Source of the DNA: Gammaproteobacteria bacterium
GTDB lineage: Bacteria; Pseudomonadota; Gammaproteobacteria; Ga0077536
DNA length: 38,203 nt
Assembly: GCA_030830685.1 (NCBI GenBank)
Contig: JAURMM010000089.1
Location: 1-38,203 of the forward strand
Direction: 5' to 3'
The notes beneath the pieces were generated by a model. The model saw only the letters and a list, made by a program, of their open reading frames with translations. It was not told the DNA's origin and did no database searches. Every line of letters starts with the position of its first letter. The stretch's first letter is position 1. Positions 18,574 through 27,368 of the stretch are shown in pieces. Both the position numbers and the translations under genes were made by a program.

Positions 18574-19665
18574 TCAGACCCCCTGCCTGCGGAAGATTCG
18601 GTACAGCCCGAGCGTCAGCACGGGGAGGGTGTAGATACACAGGAAGCCCCAGGCCAATGTGCCGTATCCTTGGGCCACCAGCTTCACGATGCCGAGCTTT
18701 GCGAGCAGCAAACTGAGTGTGACGGCGGTGCCCGCCGCCAGCGCGTGTTGCATCGCTGAGAAACCATGCCCATGCCGCTCACGCCACCAGTTGTCGAGGC
18801 GTTCGTTCACCCCCTGCAATACGCCTACCCCGGTCTGGATGATGGTCATGCACAGCACGCAGACGTAAAGCGTCAGCAGCCAGGGCTGCCCTATCTGCTG
18901 CATCAGCCAGTAGGTGGGGAGGTCCTGTTCGATCACTTGCGGCCAAGCGCCCATGAAGGCCACATGGAAAAGCAGGGCCGGCAACACGCCCGCGACGCCG
19001 GCCACGAGTCCTGCCGCAAAAGCCTCAGACCGACTGGCGAGCGGCGCCGCCACGTACAGCAGCACGGGGGCAAGCGCACTGTTATACAGGATGAAAACAA
19101 AGGCGCTGTGCACCCAACCTTGGGGCGCCGCAACTTCCGCGAAGGCAGCCGTGATCTCCGTCGCCCGCAATTGCCAGACCTGCCAGCAGAACAGGCAGAT
19201 CACAGCCGTCAGTAGCACGGCGCCTGCCGTCAGGGTGATCTCGACCAGCCGACGCCCCGCCCAGGCGAGCACGATCACCGCACACAGCATCAAACCCGTT
19301 CCCAGCATGTCGGGTACATCGAACACCCCGCCCAGCACCGTGCCCGCGGCGGCCCCGGTCACCGCCAGCACAATGAGCAGGAGAATGCCGAAGAGTATTT
19401 CGTAGACGACCCAGAACGGGCCGAGCAAGGCCTTCAGGAAGCTTCGGTAATCGAAGGTCCGCGTCGTCCTAGCCAGTTCGAAGCTCGCACCCAGCACCAG
19501 ACCAAAACCGAGCGCCACCAGCGCAATCACGCCCATGCCGCCCCAGGGACCGAAGCGGGAGATGAATTCAGCGATTTCCCGTCCCGTGCCATAAGCACCG
19601 CCCACGATGACTGACTGGAAAACTGCCGCAGGCACCAGCATCGCCACGGCACGGCGCAGATTCAT
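18574..19665 (-). CDS. YkvI-family polytopic membrane protein (putative amino-acid/peptide transporter)
   Basis: [19 protein letters not shown] motif and about 10 TM segments. Start at ATG 19665 overlaps the upstream stop (ATGA). Confidence 0.8.
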   Translation of the reverse strand: MNLRRAVAMLVPAAVFQSVIVGGAYGTGREIAEFISRFGPWGGMGVIALVALGFGLVLGASFELARTTRTFDYRSFLKALLGPFWVVYEILFGILLLIVLAVTGAAAGTVLGGVFDVPDMLGTGLMLCAVIVLAWAGRRLVEITLTAGAVLLTAVICLFCWQVWQLRATEITAAFAEVAAPQGWVHSAFVFILYNSALAPVLLYVAAPLASRSEAFAAGLVAGVAGVLPALLFHVAFMGAWPQVIEQDLPTYWLMQQIGQPWLLTLYVCVLCMTIIQTGVGVLQGVNERLDNWWRERHGHGFSAMQHALAAGTAVTLSLLLAKLGIVKLVAQGYGTLAWGFLCIYTLPVLTLGLYRIFRRQGV

Positions 19666-20426
19666 GCACGTGCCTCGAGGAAAGCGCGCATGCGTCGCTG
19701 AGGCTCGCCGGCGGCATAGGCCGCCTGCATGCCCGCAATCGCGGCCTCGCGTGCATCCTCGAAACCCTCCATCACCAAGGTCCTGAACCGGGCCTTGGTA
19801 GCGCGAAAAGCAGCAGGTGACTGCGCCGCGAGCAGGTCCGCCCGTGCGACGGCTGCGTCGAGCAGCGTCTCGGCCGTGACCACCTCGTTCAAGAGACCCA
19901 GCGCCCGACACTCATCCGCAGCCATCAGGCGGCCTGTGTACGAGAGTTCCTGATTGAGCGCGAGCGGAAGATGAAAGCGCATGAGATAGGCCCCCATGAT
20001 GCTCGGCAGGCCCGCTCTGATTTCCGGCTGTGTCATGCGCGTACCGGCGTGACCGATCCGCCAGTCTGCGACGAGACCCATCTGGTAACCACCGCCCGCC
20101 GCCGCACCGTTCAGCGCGACCACCACAGGCTTGTCGACAACCATGATCCGTGCGTAACAGGCACTGACCAGCGTAAACCAGGCGGGAATCTCCGCGACCG
20201 TCAGGTCGACCGCTTCCTGCAGGTCGACACCCGCACAGAAGGCGCGGTTGCCGGCGCCCGTCAGCACCACGGCACGGACCCCGGAGTCGCGATGCGCCTC
20301 GTCCAGCGCATCGATGATGGCTTGCGCGAGACTGCGGCTCAGCGCATTCAAGGCCTGAGGGCGGTTCAGGGTGAGTACTCTGGTCGTATCCCGGTCCGTG
20401 CGCAGGACCAAGGCGTCTTCACTCAT
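19662..20426 (-). CDS. Crotonase-superfamily enzyme, CarB (carboxymethylproline synthase)-like subgroup
   Basis: LTLNRPQALNAL, AFCAGVDL oxyanion loop, KPVVVALNGAAAGGGYQ (Gln where hydratases have the first Glu), QPEIRAG (second Glu kept). Confidence 0.85.
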   Translation of the reverse strand: MSEDALVLRTDRDTTRVLTLNRPQALNALSRSLAQAIIDALDEAHRDSGVRAVVLTGAGNRAFCAGVDLQEAVDLTVAEIPAWFTLVSACYARIMVVDKPVVVALNGAAAGGGYQMGLVADWRIGHAGTRMTQPEIRAGLPSIMGAYLMRFHLPLALNQELSYTGRLMAADECRALGLLNEVVTAETLLDAAVARADLLAAQSPAAFRATKARFRTLVMEGFEDAREAAIAGMQAAYAAGEPQRRMRAFLEARA

Positions 20427-20639
20427 GCGGCACGCTCCGGTTGTCAGCCTTGGGGAGTGGTCTCGATCCGGGACCGAGGCTCAGAGGCCGCGATTCTAGC
20501 AGTCGGCCAATTCTGCTACCGCCCCCCGGGACCGGGTATCCTCTGGCGCGCTTGACTTGGGCAGTCCGTTCGGCGAGCCTCCTTGACCGTTCCTTTACAC
20601 GGGCTTGGCGCCGCCAGCCAGCCCAACCGCGAGCCCGGC

Positions 20640-22322
20640 ATGACCTCACTGCTGTCGAAGGACCGTATCGTTGCGAGGCCCGGGTTCAATCGCTGGCTGA
20701 TCGCGCCTGCGGCCCTCGGCATTCATTTGTGCATTGGTTCGGTCTACGCATGGAGCCTGTTCAATCCTGCGCTGATCAAGCGGGTTGGCGTGGTGACCAG
20801 TGCGGCAGACGATTGGAGCTTGCGCAACGTGGTTTGGGTATTCACGGTCGCGATCGTGTTTCTCGGCCTGTCTGCCGCAGTCGCTGGGAAATGGCTGGAG
20901 CACGTAGGTCCGCGCAAGGTCGGGGTGGTGGCCGCGTGCTGCTGGTCCGGCGGCTTCCTGCTGGGCGGCGTCGGCATCACCACGGACCAGCTCTGGTTGC
21001 TCTATCTCGGCTACGGCATTGTCGGCGGATGCGGCCTCGGACTTGGTTATGTCTCTCCGGTGAGCACGCTCATCCGCTGGTTCCCGGACCGTCGCGGCAT
21101 GGCGACCGGCATCGCAATCATGGGCTTCGGCGGCGGTGCAATGCTCGCCAAACCGTTGATTGGCACGCTACTCCAGTACTTTTACCGGTCCGCGGAATAC
21201 CTGGGGTCCGTCAGTGAGCTGGAACTGTTCACCGAGAACGGTCGTCGACTGGTCAATCTGGGTGGGCGGCTGCAGGAAGTGGTGGTAGTCGGCAGCAACG
21301 ATGTGGCAGGCATGATTCTGCCCGGTCCGGAGGGCGTGTACCTGGTCGGCTCCGGCTCGGTGGGTGTGGCGGAGACGTTCTTCGCGCTCGCTGCGATCTA
21401 TTTTGTGGTGATGATGATTGCCGCCTTTGCCTACCGCATACCCTCACCAGACTGGCGCCCGGCCGGCTGGGAGCCGCCGCCCGAAAATGCCGAGGCCATG
21501 ATCACACGCCATCATGTGGACATCGACGAGGCCCTGAAGACGCCACAGTTCTACCAGCTCTGGCTCGTGCTCTGCTTCAACGTCACGGCAGGCATCGGCG
21601 TGCTTGCGGTGGCTCAGACGATGATCACGGAAATCTTCGGTTCCTCGCTGCCTGATATCGTGGATGCGGGGTTTGCCGCGACCTTCGTCCTGATGATCAG
21701 TCTCTTCAACATGATTGGCCGCTTCGGCTGGGCCAGCGCCTCTGACTACCTCGGCCGCAAGCTCACCTATTTCATCTTCTTCATTGCCGGGATCGTGCTC
21801 TATTGCTCCATCCCCTGGTTCGCGGCACAGGTGAGCACTCGCCCGGATATCCTCTGGCTGGTGCTTTTCTACGGCGCCACGCTTCTCATCTTCACCATGT
21901 ATGGAGGTGGCTTTGCGACCATTCCCGCGTATCTCGCGGACATGTTCGGAACGCGTTTCGTGGGTGGCATTCATGGCCGCCTGCTCACCGCCTGGAGCAC
22001 CGCAGGACTGCTGGGACCGCTTGCGATTACCTCGCTGCGGGAACACGCCGTGCACGGCGCCATCGACACGCTCGTCGGCAAGGTCGATCCGGTGCAGTTC
22101 GAGCTGGCATTCGGGGCTGGACTGAAGGATCTCGATGCGCTGGTGCAGGCGCAGACAGTGACGATCGCCAAGCTGATGGAGCTCATGCCGCCGGGCACCC
22201 CGGATCCGACGCCCGGACTTTACAACCAGACCATGTACCTCATGGCTGGCCTGCTCTTCATTGCCCTTGTTGCCAATGCCCTGATGCGACCGGTCCATCC
22301 GCGCCATCATCTGCAGCAATAA
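20640..22322 (+). CDS. MFS transporter, oxalate/formate antiporter (OFA) family
   Basis: IHLCIGSVYAWSLFN, GLGLGYVSPVSTLIRWFPDRRGMATGIAIMGFGGG, MYGGGFATIPAYLADMFG, IHGRLLTAWS. Confidence 0.9.
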   Translation: MTSLLSKDRIVARPGFNRWLIAPAALGIHLCIGSVYAWSLFNPALIKRVGVVTSAADDWSLRNVVWVFTVAIVFLGLSAAVAGKWLEHVGPRKVGVVAACCWSGGFLLGGVGITTDQLWLLYLGYGIVGGCGLGLGYVSPVSTLIRWFPDRRGMATGIAIMGFGGGAMLAKPLIGTLLQYFYRSAEYLGSVSELELFTENGRRLVNLGGRLQEVVVVGSNDVAGMILPGPEGVYLVGSGSVGVAETFFALAAIYFVVMMIAAFAYRIPSPDWRPAGWEPPPENAEAMITRHHVDIDEALKTPQFYQLWLVLCFNVTAGIGVLAVAQTMITEIFGSSLPDIVDAGFAATFVLMISLFNMIGRFGWASASDYLGRKLTYFIFFIAGIVLYCSIPWFAAQVSTRPDILWLVLFYGATLLIFTMYGGGFATIPAYLADMFGTRFVGGIHGRLLTAWSTAGLLGPLAITSLREHAVHGAIDTLVGKVDPVQFELAFGAGLKDLDALVQAQTVTIAKLMELMPPGTPDPTPGLYNQTMYLMAGLLFIALVANALMRPVHPRHHLQQ

Positions 22323-22338
22323 GCCAGAGGAGATCTCC

Positions 22339-23880
22339 ATGCCGATGACAGGCGAGGAATACAGGGAAAGCCTGCGCCGCTATCGCCCGCGCGTGTTCGT
22401 GGATGGAGACGCCGTGAGTTGCGTTGCGGACGAACCCCGTCTTCTGCCCGGAATCAACGCGCTGGGCGTGACCTACGATTATGCCCTGAAGCCTGAATAC
22501 GCACCGCTGGCCATGGCCACCGACAGCTTCACCGGTCGCAGGGTCAACCGCTTCCTGCATCTCAACGCCACGCCCGACGATTTGCTGGCCAAGCTCGAAT
22601 ACACCCGACTCGTATGCCAGGAGACCGGCTGCGCACAGCGTTATCTGGCCATGGATGGGCTCAACGGACTGTTCCAGCTGACCTGGCGACTCGATCAGGA
22701 CGCCAGCAGCGGCTATCACCCGCGGTTCCTTGAATATTTGCAGCACGTACAGGATGCAGATCTGACCTTGGGTATCGCCATGACGGATGCCAAGGGTGAT
22801 CGCAGCCTGCGTCCTCACCAGCAACCGAATCCGGACACTTATCTGCATGTGGTGGAAAAGCGTGCCGATGGCATCGTGATTTCGGGCACCAAGGCCATCG
22901 TGACCTCCGCGCCCTATGTGCACGAGCTGCTGGTACTGCCTGGCCGGGAAATGACGGCCGAGGACGCACCGTTCGCGGTCGCCTGCGCGGTGCCGGTGGA
23001 TGCAGAGGGGCTCACGATCATCGCGAGGCCGGCAGGCCGCCCAGGCTCAGCCAAAGCCATGTTCAGTGCGCATTATGGTCAGACGACGGGCGTGTGCGTC
23101 TTCGATCGGGTATTCGTGCCGTGGGAAAAGGTATTCCTGTGCGGCGAGTGGCAGCACTCCGGCTTTTTGACTCGCGCCTATGCCACACATCATCGTCATA
23201 CCTGCATCGGTGCGCGCGCGGGCTTCGGTGATCTGCTCATCGGTGCGGGAGTGATGATGATCGAGGCCAATGGCCTTGATTGCGAGAAGAATGGCCACCT
23301 GCGGGACACGATGGTGGAGCTCATCAAGCTGGTGGAGGGCATCTATGCCTGTGGCGTCGCCTCCTCCGTGTATGGCGTGCGAGATCCCGCTGGCAACCTT
23401 GAACCCGAAGGTGTCTTCGCCAATATCGGCAAGCTGCTGCTGGCAACGCAGATCTATGACATGCACCGTCTGGCCCACCAAGTGTCCGGAGGACTCATCG
23501 TCGCGCTGCCAAACCCCGAGGAAGACCACAACCCGGAGACCAAGGCCAGCCTGTCTGCGGTACTGGCCGGCAACCCCGGCGTTCCGTATGAGCATCGCGC
23601 GCGGGTGGCGCGTTTCATCGAAGACTTGACGGCCTCGGATGCCGGTGGGTGGATGTCGGTGATCAGCCTGCACGGCGGAGGATCGCCCGAGGCCATGAAG
23701 CGCGAGATTTTCCGTCGCTATCCGCTGCCGGCGCGCCGCCAGTTGGTGAGCCGACTCATCAATCGCGGACTCATTGCTTCCGGCGTCTCCTTGCCGGGTC
23801 CCACCGGGCAGCCGGGCGCGTGTTGCGAAACAGGCTGCACCTTGCCCGCCTTCCCGCCACGGGTGGGTTTCAACGCTTGA
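22339..23880 (+). CDS. 4-hydroxybutyryl-CoA dehydratase-like / HpaB-family flavoprotein with non-canonical residues
   Basis: MTGEEYRESLR, AMTDAKGDRSLRPHQQ..PD.YLHVVE...DGIVISGTK, FDRVFVPWEKVFLCGE, SLHGGGSP; AGAGGAG SD. Confidence 0.85.
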   Translation: MPMTGEEYRESLRRYRPRVFVDGDAVSCVADEPRLLPGINALGVTYDYALKPEYAPLAMATDSFTGRRVNRFLHLNATPDDLLAKLEYTRLVCQETGCAQRYLAMDGLNGLFQLTWRLDQDASSGYHPRFLEYLQHVQDADLTLGIAMTDAKGDRSLRPHQQPNPDTYLHVVEKRADGIVISGTKAIVTSAPYVHELLVLPGREMTAEDAPFAVACAVPVDAEGLTIIARPAGRPGSAKAMFSAHYGQTTGVCVFDRVFVPWEKVFLCGEWQHSGFLTRAYATHHRHTCIGARAGFGDLLIGAGVMMIEANGLDCEKNGHLRDTMVELIKLVEGIYACGVASSVYGVRDPAGNLEPEGVFANIGKLLLATQIYDMHRLAHQVSGGLIVALPNPEEDHNPETKASLSAVLAGNPGVPYEHRARVARFIEDLTASDAGGWMSVISLHGGGSPEAMKREIFRRYPLPARRQLVSRLINRGLIASGVSLPGPTGQPGACCETGCTLPAFPPRVGFNA

Positions 23881-24760
23881 GCTGAAAGCGGTTGATGACA
23901 AACAGGGCGACCAGCACCAGCCCACCGCCCACGAGCAGCGGCGGGGTGGGGGTTTCGCCAAGCAGCAGTGCAGACATCAGCAATCCGAAAATCGGCACCA
24001 GGTTGATGTAGGCCGAGGTCACCACTGCGCCCAGACGGACGATGGCCTCGTAGTACCACAGGAATCCCACTGCAGAATTGATCACCCCGAGAAACACCAG
24101 CATCAGCACTGCCCTGCCATCGGTCGCTATCTGCCAGAGAACCTCGCGGTCCAGGTAGAGGAAGGGGAACAACATGAGTGTCCCCCACAGCGAAGCCTGA
24201 AAGGTCAGGGTCAGGGGTGAACACACCCCCAGCAAGGGCCGGCCGAGCACTGAATAAAGCGCCCAACAGGCCGCGCTCAGAAGAATGAAGCCGTCGCCAA
24301 GGCCGAGCATTCCTGAAAAAAGCTGCAAAGGTGCGCCATCGGTCACTACCAGCATGGTGCCGAAGATCCCGATGAGAATCCCGACCAGCACGCCTGCACG
24401 CAGGCGCTGACGGAACCACACGAGTTCGATGAGCGCGATCATGATCGTGATGGTGGAGAAGATGACGTTGGCGCGGTTGGCCTCGGTATGCTCCATGCCC
24501 ATGAAGCCGAGCACGTTGTGCAGGCATACGCCGGTCAACCCGAGCAGAAAGAAGGTCATGCCATGCCTGCCGGCCGGTGCGACCGGCGCCCGTTTCAGCC
24601 TGAGAAAAAACCAGAGCACGGTGGTCGCAACCAGGAAGCGCGCGAACGTCAGCGCATACGGTGCGGAATAACCCGACAGCATGCGGCCGAAAATCGGCGT
24701 GAGCGCCCAGAAGAACGTGCCGACCATGAGCTTCAGGTGGGTGGAGAGATGCGCAGGCAT
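23870..24760 (-). CDS. DMT/EamA family transporter
   Basis: Ten TM segments in two EamA repeats (FARFLVA..., GDGFILLSAACWALYS, SAYINLVPIFG, LLGE). Start at ATG 24760 after AAGGAG. Confidence 0.9.
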   Translation of the reverse strand: MPAHLSTHLKLMVGTFFWALTPIFGRMLSGYSAPYALTFARFLVATTVLWFFLRLKRAPVAPAGRHGMTFFLLGLTGVCLHNVLGFMGMEHTEANRANVIFSTITIMIALIELVWFRQRLRAGVLVGILIGIFGTMLVVTDGAPLQLFSGMLGLGDGFILLSAACWALYSVLGRPLLGVCSPLTLTFQASLWGTLMLFPFLYLDREVLWQIATDGRAVLMLVFLGVINSAVGFLWYYEAIVRLGAVVTSAYINLVPIFGLLMSALLLGETPTPPLLVGGGLVLVALFVINRFQLKR

Positions 24761-24880
24761 GGGGCTCCTTATCCAGCAAGCCAGCCAAATGATCAATCAC
24801 GAGGCTGGATGACAGCGTCACGATGCCCCGCTTACCATCAGCGATAACCCACTGCCTAAAAAAAACCCGGAGCACACCCG

Positions 24881-25726
24881 ATGGCCTCGTTCGGCGTCAG
24901 TATCTTTCCCACCGAATACACCCTGGCCCCTGCCGACTTTGCCCGCGCGGTCGAAGAGCGCGGGCTCGATTCGGTGTTCTTTCCGGAGCACACGCATATC
25001 CCTACGTGTCGCAAGACACCTTGGCCGGGCGGCGCCGAGTTGCCCAAGCATTACCTGCACACGCATGACCCTTTTGTTGCACTTGCAGCATGTGCAGCAG
25101 TCACTTCGCGCATCCAGCTCGGATTCGGGGTGTGTCTGGTGACCCAGCGCGATCCCATCGTCACCGCCAAGCAAGTCGCGTCGCTGGATCTCATCTCCAA
25201 CGGGCGCGTGATCTTCGGCGTAGGCGCCGGCTGGAACCAAGAGGAGATGGAGAATCACGGTACGCCCTTCAAGACTCGCTGGCCTATCCTGCGTGAGCGG
25301 GTGCTCGCCATGAAGGCAATCTGGCGCGACGAAGAGGCGAGTTTTCAGGGCGAACATGTACGCTTTGACCCGATCTGGTCCTGGCCCAAACCGGCCCGCG
25401 CAGGTGGGCCGCCCGTCTGGCTGGGTGCCAAGTCCCGGTACACCATGGCCAGAATCGCGGAATACGGTGATGGTTTCATGCCCATCTTCGGCCGCCAGGG
25501 CGAAGCCAGCCTCGCGCAACTGAAGGAGGCTTGCGACCAGCGTGGGCGCGATTTCGCAGAGATCACGCTCGCGACCTTTGGCCCACCACCTACGGAAGAG
25601 GCAACTGTCCAGTGCCTCGCCGAGGGCTATTCCCATCTGATTTACGTGTTGCCCCCCGCCGACCCGCCCAAGGTGCTGCAGAAGCTGGATGCACTTGCGG
25701 CCCTGGTTGCGCGCATGCGCACCTGA
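24881..25726 (+). CDS. Luciferase-like (LLM) oxidoreductase, probable F420-dependent Rv2161c-like subfamily
   Basis: FGVSIFPT, FFPEHTHIP, DPFVALAACAAVTSRIQLG, RDPIVTAKQVASLD, GVGAGWNQEE, WPKP...PPVWLG. Confidence 0.85.
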   Translation: MASFGVSIFPTEYTLAPADFARAVEERGLDSVFFPEHTHIPTCRKTPWPGGAELPKHYLHTHDPFVALAACAAVTSRIQLGFGVCLVTQRDPIVTAKQVASLDLISNGRVIFGVGAGWNQEEMENHGTPFKTRWPILRERVLAMKAIWRDEEASFQGEHVRFDPIWSWPKPARAGGPPVWLGAKSRYTMARIAEYGDGFMPIFGRQGEASLAQLKEACDQRGRDFAEITLATFGPPPTEEATVQCLAEGYSHLIYVLPPADPPKVLQKLDALAALVARMRT

Positions 25727-25847
25727 CCCGTGCTGCCGGTGGGCTGCACCACTTCGGCGAGCGTGTAAACTAAGGGCGGCCGGAAAGACCGGCTCGCAGT
25801 CAGAACCATAAAGAAAGCCGCACGGCACGAGCCACTTCGGGGGGAGC

Positions 25848-27014
25848 ATGAAACGCAGTGATGAACGTATCCTGACCACGCACGTCGGCAGCTTGCCGCG
25901 GGCACGCGCCTTGTCTGATCTCCTGATCGCCGAAGAAGATCGCAGACCCTTTGATCAGGCCGAGATGAACCGCCTCGCACGCGAAGGTGTGCAGCATGTG
26001 GTGGCGCGCCAGATCGCGAGTGGCCTTGACATCATCAATGATGGCGAGCAGCCGCGAGTGGGTTTCCAGACCTACGTGGGTCAGCGTCTGGAAGGTTTTG
26101 GCGGTATCAGCGAGCGGGAGCCGTTTACTGATTTCGCGAATTTCCCGGACTTCCGCGATATCTGGCTGAATCGCGGCATGGTGATGTCCAAGGTTTTCGA
26201 CGCTCCAGCAGCTACTTCCGAAATCCGTTACAAGGATCTCGCCCCCGCTGTTCGTGAATGCGATCTGTTTGATGAGGCATTGGCGGCGCATCCCGGTCAG
26301 ATCGTCGAACCCTTCATGACAGCCGCCTCGCCAGGCATCGTCTGCACCACAATGCGAAACGGCGGTGCCTATGACTCACACGCCTCCTACGTCCGCGCGG
26401 TTGCACAGGAACTGCGCAAGGAATACGAGCTGATTCATCAGCGTGGCTACGTGCTGCAACTCGACTGCCCGGATCTCGCCATGGAGCGCCATGGCATGTT
26501 CCAGCATGACTCACTGAAGGACTTCCAGAAGGCAGTCGAGCTGCATATCGCTGCAATCAACGAAGCCTGCAGCAACATTCCCGCAGACCGGATACGTCTG
26601 CACGTGTGCTGGGGCAACTACGACGGCCCTCATGACTGCGACGTGCCGCTGGCAGACATCCTGCCGATCATCAGCCAGGCACGCGTGGGTGCTTTCTCGA
26701 TGGAGTTTGCCAATCCTCGCCATCAGCATGAGTACTCGGCCCTCAAGCAGTATCCGCTGCCCAAGGACAAGCTCCTGATCCCGGGCGTAATCGATTCGAC
26801 GGTGAACTACATCGAGCATCCGCAGGTGGTCTGCAACCGCATCCTGGAAGCCGTGGCCGCGGTCGGCGACAAGGAGCGGGTGATCGCGGGTGCGGACTGC
26901 GGATTCGGCACGTTTGCAGGTTGGGAAATGGTGGCGGCCTCGGTCGTCTGGAAGAAATTCGAAGCCCTTGCAGAAGGCGCGCGACTCGCGTCACGCCAGC
27001 TCTGGGGACGTTGA
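25848..27014 (+). CDS. Cobalamin-independent methionine synthase II family (single-barrel MetE-like Zn thiol-alkyl transferase)
   Basis: ILTTHVGSLPR, INDGE, LQLDCPDL, Zn ligands LHVCWGN (His, Cys), SMEFANPRH (Glu), ADCGF (Cys). 388 aa, no N-terminal folate barrel. Confidence 0.88.
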   Translation: MKRSDERILTTHVGSLPRARALSDLLIAEEDRRPFDQAEMNRLAREGVQHVVARQIASGLDIINDGEQPRVGFQTYVGQRLEGFGGISEREPFTDFANFPDFRDIWLNRGMVMSKVFDAPAATSEIRYKDLAPAVRECDLFDEALAAHPGQIVEPFMTAASPGIVCTTMRNGGAYDSHASYVRAVAQELRKEYELIHQRGYVLQLDCPDLAMERHGMFQHDSLKDFQKAVELHIAAINEACSNIPADRIRLHVCWGNYDGPHDCDVPLADILPIISQARVGAFSMEFANPRHQHEYSALKQYPLPKDKLLIPGVIDSTVNYIEHPQVVCNRILEAVAAVGDKERVIAGADCGFGTFAGWEMVAASVVWKKFEALAEGARLASRQLWGR

Positions 27015-27026
27015 GGAATACCGCCA

Positions 27027-27362
27027 ATGCAGCACATTTATCGCCAGATCCAGGCTGACCCCAGATTCCATGAACTGGAACGAAAACGCGGCCGCTTCGG
27101 CTGGACGCTCGCAATCATCGTGCTGGCCAACTGCCTCTGGTACATGGGGGCGACGGCCTTTTTCCCGGACCTGGCCTTTGCAAGACTCTGGGGCGAACCC
27201 CTCACAGAGGGTGGTTCCACGACCTGGGGTATCGTCATCGGCTTTGCGCAGACCGTGGTCTTCATCCTGCTGGTCGGGCTCTACATCTATCGGGCCAATA
27301 CCGAGTTCGACAACCTGAAGGACGCCATCGTCGCCGACGCCAGGCGCGCTGCCGGAGAATAA
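27027..27362 (+). CDS. DUF485 (YjcH-like) membrane protein, ActP partner, copy 1
   Basis: IQADPRFHELERKR...two TM helices...YIYRANTEFD; directly upstream of an ActP-like gene. Confidence 0.88.
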   Translation: MQHIYRQIQADPRFHELERKRGRFGWTLAIIVLANCLWYMGATAFFPDLAFARLWGEPLTEGGSTTWGIVIGFAQTVVFILLVGLYIYRANTEFDNLKDAIVADARRAAGE

Positions 27363-27368
27363 GTTCCC

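Noticed and set aside
19662-20426. Carbapenem biosynthetic cluster
   Set aside because: No CarA (beta-lactam synthetase) or CarC-like gene nearby, and the His229-equivalent of CarB appears absent.
22339-23880. Marker for an autotrophic 4-hydroxybutyrate cycle or a true HpaB monooxygenase
   Set aside because: Canonical AbfD Fe-S ligands and catalytic Glu residues are missing; no other cycle genes and no HpaC reductase are present.
2761-24865. Homopolymer A/T runs (2761, 9264, 11292, 24858) as phase-variation tracts
   Set aside because: All are intergenic, 8-9 nt long, and explained as SD-adjacent enhancers, a terminator tail or UP-like elements.
25727-25847. SAM/SAH/cobalamin riboswitch upstream of the MetE-like gene
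   Set aside because: Short leader with only a small GCCGG/CCGGC hairpin; no consensus elements recognised. An Infernal search would be needed to exclude it formally.
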